A stretch of DNA of 64,000 nt, taken from positions 1,792,001 to 1,856,000 of the forward strand of contig CAWJGT010000009.1 in assembly GCA_963842525.1 (NCBI GenBank), given 5' to 3'. Below the pieces are notes generated by a model. That model ran no database searches and was not told where the DNA came from. It was given only the letters and a program-made list of their open reading frames with translations. Made by a program: the position numbers and the translations under genes. Positions 31,173-41,515 of the stretch are shown in pieces; position 1 is the first letter of the stretch; every line of letters starts with the position of its first letter. Origin of the DNA: an uncultured Holophagales bacterium. Lineage in GTDB: Bacteria > Acidobacteriota > Thermoanaerobaculia > Multivoradales > UBA5704.

Positions 31173-32257
31173 CCGAAAGCCTCCTCCTGAAGGAACCCCG
31201 GGGCTCCCAGGTGGACAGAGTAAAAACGAAAAAATCGCAAAAACTTCCACTCCGCGATCCGCTCGGGATCGGGATGATAAACCAACAGAGAGCCCGCCCC
31301 CGGGCCCGCGAGCGAGCCGGCGCCGGAGATTTTTGCCGCTCCTCCCTCGGCTTCCACCCGGCGGACGGCGCCGCGAACGGCCTCGGGGACGACACCGATC
31401 TCCTCGAGGCAGGCCTCGTAGGCCCGAATCTGATGCAAGGTCCGGTCCGGGTCCTCCGTCTCCCGTTCGAGCTCGGCGCGGAAGGCCCGGGTCGCCGCCT
31501 CCATCCTCTCGAGCAGGCGCTCGTGCCGATCCGGCTCCCGGTCGCGGCGGTCGCGCACCGCGGCGACCACGGCGCCGGTGGGCTCGGCGGGCGTCCCTGT
31601 GTCATAGACCCGCAAACGAGACAGCAGGGGTGAGCCCGCGGCGACCGGCTCGGTCTCGACCCCCCCTTCGGCCCGGCGGCGCGCCCAGATCACCCCCCCA
31701 TGGAGCACTGTGGCGCCGTCGACACCCGAAGGCTGGCCGTGCTGCCGGCGCTCGACCTCCAGGGCCAGCCGCTCGATCCGAGAAAGGTCAGGTGTGGTGG
31801 AGAAGAAAGCGAGCGTGGCTGCAGTCACCGCCACGGCGGTCGCCGCCGAGCTGCCGAACCCGGAGCCGATGGGCAGGTCGGACTCGACCCTGAGGTCGAT
31901 GCCGTCTCCGACCTCTCCCGCCAGCTCCTCGGCAGTCTCGCCCAGCGCCACCTTGACCACGTGCGCCGGGTCCTCGCCGCGCACCCGGCGGAACGCCTCG
32001 GCGCCAGGCTTTTCCGCGTACTCCGTCCAGGTTGTGCGGGCGGCTCGGGCATAAGCGCGGACAGCGTCCCAGGAGAGATCCTCCTGGTGGCTCAAGCCGG
32101 GAAGGTCGAGATGGATGGCGTTGCCGAAACGGGGTGAGATCCGGGCGGTGAGGCGGAGGTCGATCGCGGCGACGAGGGCGGGCCGGCCGTAGACGGCGGC
32201 GTGCTCGCCCATCAGGATGAGCTTGCCGGGGGCGGAGACGGCGACGGGACCCCTCAC
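31169..32257 (-). CDS. mvk: Mevalonate kinase (start uncertain: GTG 32257 or ATG 32275)
   Basis: SAPGKLILMGEHAAVYG, PIGSGFGSSAA, HGQPSGVD, AKISGAG. Confidence 0.9.
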   Translation of the reverse strand: MRGPVAVSAPGKLILMGEHAAVYGRPALVAAIDLRLTARISPRFGNAIHLDLPGLSHQEDLSWDAVRAYARAARTTWTEYAEKPGAEAFRRVRGEDPAHVVKVALGETAEELAGEVGDGIDLRVESDLPIGSGFGSSAATAVAVTAATLAFFSTTPDLSRIERLALEVERRQHGQPSGVDGATVLHGGVIWARRRAEGGVETEPVAAGSPLLSRLRVYDTGTPAEPTGAVVAAVRDRRDREPDRHERLLERMEAATRAFRAELERETEDPDRTLHQIRAYEACLEEIGVVPEAVRGAVRRVEAEGGAAKISGAGSLAGPGAGSLLVYHPDPERIAEWKFLRFFRFYSVHLGAPGFLQEEAFG

Positions 32258-32391
32258 CCCCGGCCCCTCTCCCATCGCCCCCCCTGCCCCCGGGAGAGGG
32301 GAGAAAAGCGATCTGTTCCCCCCTCTCCCGGTCGGTGGGGGGGCGATGGGAGAGGGGGGTCAGGGGGGTGAGGTCTCAAACGTCGCCGTGA

Positions 32392-33699
32392 TCAGGTCCG
32401 GTGCGGCCCGAGCGGCATCTGGCCGGCGGTTTGGACGGACGCCTGGCCGCGCGCCAGCTTCTCGTGCGCCCGCGCCAGGTCCTGGGACGTGAAGGCGGCC
32501 ATCAGCGACAGCTCGCCGGCGAGGACCACCGCGCCCACGATCTCGGCGAGCCGCATGACGGCATCACCGCGCCGCTCCGGATCGGGGGAGACACCGAGCA
32601 TGGCCAGAGCCTCCCGCTGCGTGTCGAGCTGCGTGCCGCCTCCGACCGCGCCCAGGGGGACGTCGGGCAGGAACACCGAGGCGAAGACCGACTCCGGGCC
32701 TCGCGGCTCGATGCAGGTGATCCCCATGGAGCCCTCGACCACGTGCGCCGGATCCTGTCCGGTGGCGATGAAGAAGGCCGACAGCACGTTGGCGTAGTGG
32801 GCGTTGAAGCCCAGCGAGCCGGCCGCGATCGAGCCGAGGAGGTTCTTGCGGTACTGCACTTCGACCAGGTCGCGGGCGTTGGTCTTGAGCTGGTGGTGGA
32901 GGATCGGCGCCTCCAGCAGCACCTCGGCGTAGATCCGCTTGCCGCGCCCCTCCTGGAAGTTGATGTGGGAGGGCTTCTTGTCCACGCAGTAGTTGCCCGA
33001 GAGGCCGATGCAGGGGACGCCGGTCGCCGGCTCGATCAAGTCGTTGACCACGCGGTCGCAGGCGATGGTCACCATGTTCATCCCCATGGCGTCGCCCGAG
33101 TCGAAGCGGAAGCGCAGGAAGACCGTGGTGCCGAAGGCGTAGGGCCGCACCTCGAGCAGGCGCAGGTGGCTGCTGGTGGCCTCGGTGGCCCGCCGGATGT
33201 CCTCGTCGTTGTCCTTGATCCACTGCAGGAACTGCTGCGTCTGCACGATCCCCGAGGTGCGGAAGACGGGCGCCCGGGTCATGCCCACGTCCTCGACCCG
33301 CACCACGGCGCCGCCGGCCTCGCGCAAGGCCGAGCAGCCGCGGTTGGTGCTCGCCACCAGCGCCGCCTCGGTGGTCGCCAGCGGCACCCAGACGTCGCCG
33401 TCCACGTGCTTGCCGCGGACGCGCAACGGCCCGACCACGCCCATGGGTACCTGGGCCACGCCGATGAAGTTCTCGCAGTTGCGCTTGGAGGCCCGCTGCA
33501 CGTCGAGCGAGTGGTGCGCGATGTGGTCGAGCGGCGTCTGCGTCATGCGCTCCAGCGCCAGCCGCCGGATCTCCGCCGCATCTTCCGCGGAGAGGTCCTT
33601 GGGCAGCTCGTGGAAGCGGCGCTCGCCACGGGCCAGCGCGTCGACCAGGTCGTCGCGGGTCGGTGGGGCGGGGATGGGATCGATATTGGTCATGCTCAT
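32392..33699 (-). CDS. hmgA: HMG-CoA reductase, class I (NADPH)
   Basis: CENFIG, PLATTE, SGDAMGMNM, LSGNYCVDKK, ATGQDPA, GELSL..A. Confidence 0.93.
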   Translation of the reverse strand: MSMTNIDPIPAPPTRDDLVDALARGERRFHELPKDLSAEDAAEIRRLALERMTQTPLDHIAHHSLDVQRASKRNCENFIGVAQVPMGVVGPLRVRGKHVDGDVWVPLATTEAALVASTNRGCSALREAGGAVVRVEDVGMTRAPVFRTSGIVQTQQFLQWIKDNDEDIRRATEATSSHLRLLEVRPYAFGTTVFLRFRFDSGDAMGMNMVTIACDRVVNDLIEPATGVPCIGLSGNYCVDKKPSHINFQEGRGKRIYAEVLLEAPILHHQLKTNARDLVEVQYRKNLLGSIAAGSLGFNAHYANVLSAFFIATGQDPAHVVEGSMGITCIEPRGPESVFASVFLPDVPLGAVGGGTQLDTQREALAMLGVSPDPERRGDAVMRLAEIVGAVVLAGELSLMAAFTSQDLARAHEKLARGQASVQTAGQMPLGPHRT

Positions 33700-34745
33700 T
33701 CTCGCGGCCCTTTGCGGAGATCGACGTTCTTCAGCTCCGCGACTGTTTTCACGCCGAGGCAGAACATACAGATGCGCAGCTCCTGGACCACGCGCCGCAC
33801 CTTGTCGGCGACCCGTTCGGCGGACTCGGTGGCCGCCGCCAGGAAGGGATAGGCCATTCCTACCAGGTCAGCCCCCAGGGCGATGGCCTTAGCGGCATCG
33901 ATGCCGTTGCGGATGCCCCCGCTCGCGATCACCGTGGCCCCGGGCACCTGCCGGAGGGCTTGCCGGACCTCGCGGATCGACTGCGGGGTCGGGATGCCCC
34001 AGCCGGCGAAGATCTCGCCGATCTCGACGTCCCCGGCCCGTTGCGCCTCGATCCGCGCCCAGCTCGTGCCGCCCACGCCGGCCGTGTCGAGGATGTGGAC
34101 CCCCTGGCCGGCGAGGTCCTGCGCGGTCCGCCCCGAGATGCCGCAGCCGATCTCCTTGACCACCACCGGCACGCCGAGCCCGCGGACCACCTCGCCGATC
34201 TTGGGCAGGAGGCCGGCGAAGTTGCACTGGCCCTCGGGCTGGATGGCCTCCTGCAGCGGGTTGAGGTGAAGGATCAGGGCGTCCGCCTGGATCATCTCCA
34301 CCACCTGCCGGCACTCGCGCACGCCCATGCCGTAGTTGAGCTGGACGGCGCCGAGGTTGGCCAGCAGGGGGACCGACGGCGCGAGATCCCGGACGCGAAA
34401 GGTATCAGCTTTCGCCGGGTCTTCCAATGCCTTGCGCTGCGAACCGACCGCCACGGCGATGCCCGTCCGCTCGGCCCCGGCCGCAAGATTACGGTTGATG
34501 ACGCCGGCGGCCTCGGTGCCGCCCGTCATCGAGGAGATCAGCAGGGGCGCCGCGAGGCGACGGCCGAGGAGCTCGACAGAGGTGTCCACCTCCGCCATGT
34601 CGATCTCCGGCAGCGCGGCATGGTCGAATCGGTAGTCGTCGAAATAGTTGGCGCCGAGCTGCATCCGCTCGTCCAGGGCGAGCCGGATGTGCTCGGCCTT
34701 GCGGTCGCGCTCGAGGTCCACCGGGCTCTCCAGGAGGGCGCTCAC
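33696..34745 (-). CDS. fni: Type 2 isopentenyl-diphosphate isomerase
   Basis: GTG start; RKAEHI, ISSMTGG, VGSQR, HLNPLQE..QPEG, VKEIGCG, GGTSW, IASGGIRNG. Confidence 0.93.
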   Translation of the reverse strand: MSALLESPVDLERDRKAEHIRLALDERMQLGANYFDDYRFDHAALPEIDMAEVDTSVELLGRRLAAPLLISSMTGGTEAAGVINRNLAAGAERTGIAVAVGSQRKALEDPAKADTFRVRDLAPSVPLLANLGAVQLNYGMGVRECRQVVEMIQADALILHLNPLQEAIQPEGQCNFAGLLPKIGEVVRGLGVPVVVKEIGCGISGRTAQDLAGQGVHILDTAGVGGTSWARIEAQRAGDVEIGEIFAGWGIPTPQSIREVRQALRQVPGATVIASGGIRNGIDAAKAIALGADLVGMAYPFLAAATESAERVADKVRRVVQELRICMFCLGVKTVAELKNVDLRKGPRE

Positions 34746-35911
34746 TGCTCGCGCTCCCACAGGAAGTCGATCAGCCCTTCGAGGAAGAGCCGCCCCTCCG
34801 GCTGCAGCTCGAATCCGCGCTCGGAGCCCTGGAGCTCCTCGAGGGCCTGGTGCGCCGCCCGCAGCCGCTCGGCCACCATGGCGGTGACCTTGGCGCGGGC
34901 GCCGGTCTCTTCGAGGATCCGTTGCACGCGGGTCACCTCGGCGACCTCCAGGCCGGGATTGCCGAGCGCGGCGTCGAGGGCCTGCCTCTGCTCCGGGGTG
35001 GCCGCGGCGAGGGCGTGATGGATGAGGAACGTGAACTTCCCCTCGCGCAGGTCCTCGCCGACCGGCTTGCCCACGGTCCGGGCGTCGCCGAACATGCCGA
35101 GGAGGTCGTCCTGGAGCTGGAAGGCCTCGCCGATCGCCGCGCCGTAGCGCGAGAGGCCTGCGACGACCTCGTCCGGCGCACCGGTGAGCAGGGCGCCGAG
35201 CTGGATCGGCCGCTCGGCCGTGTAGCAGCCCGACTTCAGCCGCAGCACGCGGAGCAGCTCCTCCTCGCGGCCGGCCGCGGAGGCGTCCGGCGCCTGAAGG
35301 GAGAGGGCCCCGCGGCGCTGTGCCAGCAGCAGCTCCAGGTACTGGCCGCCGATGACCTCCTCGCTCATCGCCGAGAAGCAGCGCGCCAGGCGCCGGCGCC
35401 GCTCGCCGTCCAGGTCCAGGCCGGTGAACAGCTCCACCGCCCAGGTGTGCGCCAGGTCGCCGAGCAGGATGGCCACCGAGCGGCCGAAGTCCTGCGGGTC
35501 GCCGTGGAAGCCGCGCTGCTGGTGCGCCTGGCGGAAGCGGACGTGCGCGGCCGGCTGGCCGCGGCGGACCTCCGCGTGGTCCATGATGTCGTCGTGGATC
35601 AGCAGGTAGGTGTGGATCAGCTCGCACGCCAGGGCGAGGGGGAGGACCTCCTGGTCCGACGGGCCGCCGCAGGCGCGGTAGGTGTAATAGACCAGGGCCG
35701 GCCGCAGGCGCTTGCCCCCCTGGGTGGTGAGCTGGCCGACGCCGTCGATCAGCTCGCTCATCTCGCGCCAGCCGGCCGCCGCCTGCCGCTTGCTCGCCAG
35801 CCAGGCCGCCAGCTCGCGGTCGAGCTTCTCGCGCAAGGCGTCCAGGAGGTCGTGGAACCCGGCGGGCACGTCCTGGTGCCAGGCTGACGGAGCGGCTGTA
35901 GGTCGTCCCAT
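34742..35911 (-). CDS. Polyprenyl (FPP/GGPP) synthetase
   Basis: GGKRLRP, LIHDDIMD...RRG, GQYL, AFQLQDDLL, DLREGK. Confidence 0.93.
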   Translation of the reverse strand: MGRPTAAPSAWHQDVPAGFHDLLDALREKLDRELAAWLASKRQAAAGWREMSELIDGVGQLTTQGGKRLRPALVYYTYRACGGPSDQEVLPLALACELIHTYLLIHDDIMDHAEVRRGQPAAHVRFRQAHQQRGFHGDPQDFGRSVAILLGDLAHTWAVELFTGLDLDGERRRRLARCFSAMSEEVIGGQYLELLLAQRRGALSLQAPDASAAGREEELLRVLRLKSGCYTAERPIQLGALLTGAPDEVVAGLSRYGAAIGEAFQLQDDLLGMFGDARTVGKPVGEDLREGKFTFLIHHALAAATPEQRQALDAALGNPGLEVAEVTRVQRILEETGARAKVTAMVAERLRAAHQALEELQGSERGFELQPEGRLFLEGLIDFLWEREQ

Positions 35912-36165
35912 GGGTTCGTTCGAGAAAAGTCCGAATGTGCCGGTCTTTGAGAGTTTATCCGGAAACTCCGTCCGCCGGATGTGGATCATAGCGGAAGAGC
36001 ACTTTGCAATGCAAAGTCGAGGGGTGGTGCGGGCTGGAGTCCTCACCCCCTGTCCCCTCTCCCATCTCCCTTCCACCCCCCGCCGGGAGAGGGGGACAGG
36101 GGGTGAGGTTTTGCCCAAGCGACCACTGACTTTGACGGAGTCGTCGGTGGTGTAGAGTTTTTGCC

Positions 36166-36960
36166 ATGAGCTATGACCTCTATCAGGTGGACGCCTTCAC
36201 CGACCGCGCCTTCGCCGGCAATCCGGCGGCGGTCTGCCTGCTGCCCGGACCGCGCGAGCCGGAGTGGATGCAGGAGGTCGCGTGCGAGATGAACCTGTCG
36301 GAGACGGCCTTCCTCCATGCCGACGAGCACGGTGGTTACCGTCTGCGCTGGTTCACCCCGGCCATCGAGGTTGAGCTCTGCGGCCACGCCACCCTGGCGA
36401 GCGCCCATGTGCTCTGGGAGTCCGGCCGGCTGGCGGCCGGGGAGACCGCCCGCTTCCACACCCTGAGTGGCCTGCTGACCGCAGAACGGAATGGGGATGA
36501 CATCGAGCTCGACTTCCCGGCCCGGCCGATGGAGGAGGTCGCGCCTCCGCCGGGCCTGGCCGAGGCGTTCGGGGCGGTGCCCCGCTTCGTCGGCCGCAGC
36601 CGGTACGATTACCTCCTGGAGCTGCCCACCGAGGACGCCGTGCGCACCGCGGCCCCCGATTACGCCCTGCTGCGGACTCTGCCCGTGCGCGGCATCATCA
36701 TCACCGCGGCGGGGGAGCAGGGTCCGCACGACTTCGTCTCGCGTTTCTTCGCGCCCGGCTCGGGCGTCGACGAGGACCCCGTGACCGGCTCGGCCCACTG
36801 CACCCTCGGCCCCTACTGGGCATCGCGCCTGGGCAAGACGTCGTTCCTCGCCTGGCAGGCCTCGGCGCGCGGCGGCGAGCTCCGGGTGCGCCTCGAAGGC
36901 GACCGGGTCCGGCTCGGCGGTCGGGCCGTGACCATTTTCCATGGCCGCCTTCTGGTCTGA
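36166..36960 (+). CDS. PhzF family epimerase/isomerase
   Basis: VDAFT...GNPA, NLSETAF, LCGHATLA, EDPVTGSAH. Confidence 0.93.
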   Translation: MSYDLYQVDAFTDRAFAGNPAAVCLLPGPREPEWMQEVACEMNLSETAFLHADEHGGYRLRWFTPAIEVELCGHATLASAHVLWESGRLAAGETARFHTLSGLLTAERNGDDIELDFPARPMEEVAPPPGLAEAFGAVPRFVGRSRYDYLLELPTEDAVRTAAPDYALLRTLPVRGIIITAAGEQGPHDFVSRFFAPGSGVDEDPVTGSAHCTLGPYWASRLGKTSFLAWQASARGGELRVRLEGDRVRLGGRAVTIFHGRLLV

Positions 36961-37161
36961 GCCCCAGAACTACCGCCTTACTGCCGATTTATTCACCTGT
37001 TTGCAAGAAAGAAACGCCCCCGTCTCCCGAGGAAAGTAGAATTTCCTCGTCGTTGTCCCGCTTTGACCCTCCTGTCGCACTCCAACAACGGGCCAAGTCA
37101 AACGGCCCGCCGCAGCCGAACGCGGCCTTAAATTGATGTATTTAATTGATTGGGGGGAACA

Positions 37162-38415
37162 ATGGTCAACGCTCTCAGAGACAGTCTGTCTGACGTCGCA
37201 CTCCTGGATCATCCGATCACGCAGGTCAAGGAAGAGCTTCGGCTTGCCCGGTCCATGCGGTCGATGTCCCAATCGGGGCTGCGCGAGGTCATGGACCTGG
37301 TGAACCGGCCGGGCGTCCTCTCGCTGGCCGTGGGATTGCCGGCCGCCGAGATGTTTCCCACCGAGGCGATCGCCGATGCCACCGCCCGCCTCCTGACCTC
37401 CGATCCGGTCTCCCTTCAGTACGGCGTCCCCTCCAAGTCTCTCAAAGCGCAGATCGTCGAGCTGATGGCCCTGCGCGGCGTCCGCTGCCGGGCGGAGCAG
37501 GTCTTCCTCACCTCGGGCGCGCAGCAGGCGCTGGACCTCATGGCGTGCCTGCTCCTCGACCCGCACGGCGAGGTAATGATCGAGCGCACGGTCTACGACG
37601 GCATCCAGATGGCCGTCAAGCGTTTCGAGCCCGAGATCCTGACCGTGTCGACCGACCCGGAGACCGGGATCGAAGTCGATGAGATCGAAGCCCTCCTCCT
37701 CGCCGGCCACCGCCCTGCCTTCATTTACGTGATCACCGACGGCCACAACCCCCTGGGCGTCAGCGTCAGCCAGGAGAAGCGCTACCGCCTGGTCGAGCTC
37801 GCCCGCGAGTTCGGCGTGCCGATCATCGAGGACGACGCCTACGGGCTGCTCTACTACGAGCAGGCTCCCGCCGCGCCGCTGCGCGCCCTGGACGACGAAT
37901 GGGTCCTCTATGTCGGCTCGTTCTCGAAGATCCTGGCCCCGGCGCTGCGCGCGGGCTGGGCGGTCGTCCCCGAGCATCTGGTGCCGCGCCTGTCGGCCCT
38001 CAAGCACGCCGCCGACATCGACACCCCGTCTTTCAGCCACCGCGCCATCTCCGTCTATCTCGAATCCGGCCATCACTACGGGCACCTCGTCGCGCTGCGC
38101 AACGAGTACCGGCGCCGCCGCAACGCGCTGCTCGGCGCGCTGGAGGCCTACCTGCCGCCCTACGTGAAATGGAACTATCCCACCAGCGGGATGTTCGTCT
38201 GGGTCGAGCTGCCGCGGAACCTGGACGCCACCACGCTCCTGCGCACCGCGGTCGAGCGCGAGAGCGTCGCCTTCAGCCCGGGCGCCATCTTCTGCGGCGC
38301 CGACGACTCCCACGCCCGCCACTGCCTGCGGCTGACCTTCGCGAGCTGCACCCCCGAAAAGATCGAAGAAGGCATCCGCCGGCTCGCCCGCGCCATCGAA
38401 GCCGCGATGCGCTAG
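37162..38415 (+). CDS. PLP-dependent aminotransferase, class I/II (LysN/MocR-like)
   Basis: TSGAQQAL, HNPLG, IIEDDAY, GSFSKILAPALRAGW. Confidence 0.9.
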   Translation: MVNALRDSLSDVALLDHPITQVKEELRLARSMRSMSQSGLREVMDLVNRPGVLSLAVGLPAAEMFPTEAIADATARLLTSDPVSLQYGVPSKSLKAQIVELMALRGVRCRAEQVFLTSGAQQALDLMACLLLDPHGEVMIERTVYDGIQMAVKRFEPEILTVSTDPETGIEVDEIEALLLAGHRPAFIYVITDGHNPLGVSVSQEKRYRLVELAREFGVPIIEDDAYGLLYYEQAPAAPLRALDDEWVLYVGSFSKILAPALRAGWAVVPEHLVPRLSALKHAADIDTPSFSHRAISVYLESGHHYGHLVALRNEYRRRRNALLGALEAYLPPYVKWNYPTSGMFVWVELPRNLDATTLLRTAVERESVAFSPGAIFCGADDSHARHCLRLTFASCTPEKIEEGIRRLARAIEAAMR

Positions 38416-38511
38416 GCACGACCACGGAAGGGACCACGGAAGAAAGTTGGGGCGGCCCCCTGAGGGACCGCCCGCATCGAGAGAGGGCGCCCCGAAGGGC
38501 GCCCTTGCTCT

Positions 38512-38997
38512 TTACGTCTTGTCTTCCGGGGTGTCTTCCGGGACTTCCGGGGTGTCTTTGGACGGCTCGCTCTCGCCCTGCGACGGACGCTGCACGGACA
38601 GCACGATGTGCCGGATGAGGCGATGGAAGCCGCCGAGGAGCTGCTCGAGGGCCCTCTCCTCCTCCGGCGGCAGGGTGCTGGGCAGGCCCAGGATGCGATA
38701 GACGTCCAGCCCCCCGGAGCCCCCGCCGCCGCCCCAACTCGCCGCCGGTCCGGGGCTCGCCGCCGGCCGGCCGTTGACGATCTGCAGGGCGTTGTGAAGG
38801 TCTTGCAGATCGCAGCCCAGAGTCCCCAGGATCTTCTCCAGCGTGTCGAGCGAAGGCCGCTGCCGGCCCGTCTCGTACGCCGAGAGCATCCCCTTGGTGA
38901 TGCCGGCGGCATCCGCCACCTGGTACTGCTTCCTCCCGTGCCGGTCCCGTATCCAGCGAATCGCCGGACCGAGGCCGGTCAGAACCGTTGTACGCAC
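38512..38997 (-). CDS. XRE-family helix-turn-helix regulator
   Basis: GTG start after AGGAG; KQYQVADAAGITKGMLSAYETGRQRPSLDTLEKIL. Confidence 0.85.
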   Translation of the reverse strand: MRTTVLTGLGPAIRWIRDRHGRKQYQVADAAGITKGMLSAYETGRQRPSLDTLEKILGTLGCDLQDLHNALQIVNGRPAASPGPAASWGGGGGSGGLDVYRILGLPSTLPPEEERALEQLLGGFHRLIRHIVLSVQRPSQGESEPSKDTPEVPEDTPEDKT

Positions 38998-39161
38998 GGC
39001 TTTTCTCTCCTGATGAGTCCGTCGCCGCCTGTCAGCTCGCGCCGGAATGGTTCGAGGGGGGCGAAGGCGTCTTGGTTCCACATGTTCCAGAGTATAGGCG
39101 TAACATGGGCGTAAATCAAGCGTCAATGGCGTAATTCTTCTGTCTGGTACGATCAGCCGCC

Positions 39162-40101
39162 ATGCTCGACCTTGCGGACCTCCGGACAGCCTCCGAAAGG
39201 CTGCGCCCGTACGTCCGCAGGACACCCCTGCTGCGCGCCGAGCCGCTGCTGCGGCAGGTGACCGCCGCGGAGCTCTGGCTCAAGCTGGAGTCGCTCCAGG
39301 TGACCGGTTCCTTCAAGCCCCGGGGAGCCACGCACAAGGTGCTGACGCTGCCACCCGAACAGGCACGCCGCGGCCTGGTGACCGCCTCCGGAGGCAACCA
39401 TGGCCTCGGCGTGGCGTACGCTGGAAGCCGGCTGGGCGCGCCGGCGGTGATCTACCTGCCGGCCAACGCGCCGCCGAGCAAAGCCGAGAAGCTCGAGCGC
39501 TGGGGCGCCCGGGTCGTGTGGGAGGGCGACGTCTGGGATGACGCCGACCGGGCGGCCCGCGACGCGGCGGAGAGCGAGGGCTGGACCTACGTCCACTCGT
39601 TCGCCGATCCGGCAGTCATTGCCGGCCAGGCGACGATCGGCCTCGAGATCCTCGAGGAGGTGCCGGAGATCGATCTGCTGCTGGTGTCGATCGGCGGCGG
39701 CGGGCTCATCTCCGGAGTGGCCACCGCCGCCAAGGCGATCCGCCCGTCGGTGCGCGTCGTCGGCGTCGAGCCCGTGGGGGCGCCCACGCTCTACGAGAGC
39801 GTCCGCGCCGGGGCCGTGATCGAGCTGCCACGCGTCACCACGGCCGCCAACACCCTGGCCCCGCGCCGCAGCGCCGAGCTCAACCTCGCGATCATCCGCG
39901 AGAAGGTCGACGAGATCGTGCTGGTGAACGACGAGGAGATGCGCGAAGCCGCGCGCTGGCTCTGGTTCGAGACCGGCGTGGCCGTCGAGCTTCTCCGGCG
40001 CCGCGGCCGTCGCGGCCCTCCTCACGGGGCGCGTCACGGCGGAGGGGCTGCGAGCCTGCGCCGTCATCTGCGGCGCCGGGACCGACGGGTTGACCTCCTG
40101 A
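39162..40101 (+). CDS. Threonine/serine dehydratase family; frameshift near 39990
   Basis: LQVTGSFKPRG, ASGGNHG, SIGGGGLISG; C-terminus (SGAAAVAALL...ICGAG) continues in another frame to TGA 40099-40101. Confidence 0.88.
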
Positions 40102-40231
40102 AATGGCGGCGATGGCCCCCTCCGTGGCGAGGCGTCAGGAAGCGGGAACTTACCACTTCCGCCTTCAGGAAGCTGCCCCTTGGGAGGGTCCAACGATTCG
40201 GGAGTGGTTTTGTTGATCCGGAGGAGCACGG

Positions 40232-41515
40232 ATGTCGCAGTCTCTCTTGCCTGGCCCTCGGCCCGCAGATTTCCTCTGGGCGAGCGGCATCGAAGACACC
40301 TTCGTCCCCCAGACCCGGCAGGGCCAGCGCGCCCTCGACGAATACCAGCTCATGGGCCATTACGACCACTGGCGCGAGGACCTCGCGCTGGCGCGGGACC
40401 TCGGCCTCCAGGCCCTGCGATGGGGCGTCCCCTGGTACCGTGTCGAGCCGCTGCCCGGCGAATTCGACTGGAGCTGGACCGACCAGGTCATCCCCTACAT
40501 GGTCGAGGTGCTGGGGATCACGCCGATCCTCGACCTCATGCACTACGGCTGCCCCTTCTGGCTGCGCCGCGAGTTTGCCAGCGACGACTATCCCGAGCGG
40601 GTCGCCGCGTACGCCGCCGCGGTGGCGCGCCGTTACAAGGGGCGCGTGCGGTGGTACACGCCGCTCAACGAGCCGCTGGTCAACGCCCTGATGTGCGGCA
40701 AGCGCGGCCTCTGGCCACCTTACCTGCGCGGCGACAACGGCTACATCCGGATCATGCTGCAGCTCGTCAAGGGCATCCTGCGCACGGTCGACGCTCTCAA
40801 GTCGGTCGACCCCGACGCGGTCATGGTGCACGTCGAAGCCGCGGGCCTGGCGCGCGCCGCCCGCGCCGACCTCGAAGCCCTCGCCGTCGAGGACCAGCGG
40901 CGGGGATACCTCTCCTTCGACCTGCTGACCGGCCGGGTGACGCCCGAGCATCCGCTCTTCACCTGGCTTCTCCGCCACGGCGCGGGCCCCGACGACCTGG
41001 CGGAGATCGCCAGGTCGCCCATCCCGCTGGAGGTGATGGGCCTCAACTTCTATCCGCAGTGGTCCACGCAGCAGATCTCCGTCGACCGCCGGGGCCGCAT
41101 CGCCTATCAGGCCACGGAGCAGGACGGGGCGGGCTTCGGGGCCCTGATCGAAGCCTACTGGCGTCACTACGGCGCCCCGATCATGGTCACCGAGACCAGC
41201 GCCCGCGGCCGCGTCGAAGTCCGGTCCCATTGGCTGGAGACCTCCCTGGCAGCCATCCGCCGCCTGCGCGAGAAAGGTGTGCCCGTGCTCGGCTACACCT
41301 GGTTCCCGCTGTTCACCATGATCGACTGGAAATACCGCTTCGGCCGCCAGCCCCTGGAGCACTACCGACTGGAGCTGGGGCTCTACACCCTCTCCGAGCA
41401 CGGCGCGGACCGCTGGAGCCCGACGCCGCTGGTCGACCAGCTCCGCGGCTACATCGCCGATCCGGCCGCCTCGATCGGCGAGCTCGTGGAGGCCGGGGAG
41501 CTGCTCGCCAGGTGA
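40232..41515 (+). CDS. Glycoside hydrolase family 1
   Basis: DLMHYG, TPLNEP acid/base, GLNFYP, VTETS nucleophile. Confidence 0.85.
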   Translation: MSQSLLPGPRPADFLWASGIEDTFVPQTRQGQRALDEYQLMGHYDHWREDLALARDLGLQALRWGVPWYRVEPLPGEFDWSWTDQVIPYMVEVLGITPILDLMHYGCPFWLRREFASDDYPERVAAYAAAVARRYKGRVRWYTPLNEPLVNALMCGKRGLWPPYLRGDNGYIRIMLQLVKGILRTVDALKSVDPDAVMVHVEAAGLARAARADLEALAVEDQRRGYLSFDLLTGRVTPEHPLFTWLLRHGAGPDDLAEIARSPIPLEVMGLNFYPQWSTQQISVDRRGRIAYQATEQDGAGFGALIEAYWRHYGAPIMVTETSARGRVEVRSHWLETSLAAIRRLREKGVPVLGYTWFPLFTMIDWKYRFGRQPLEHYRLELGLYTLSEHGADRWSPTPLVDQLRGYIADPAASIGELVEAGELLAR

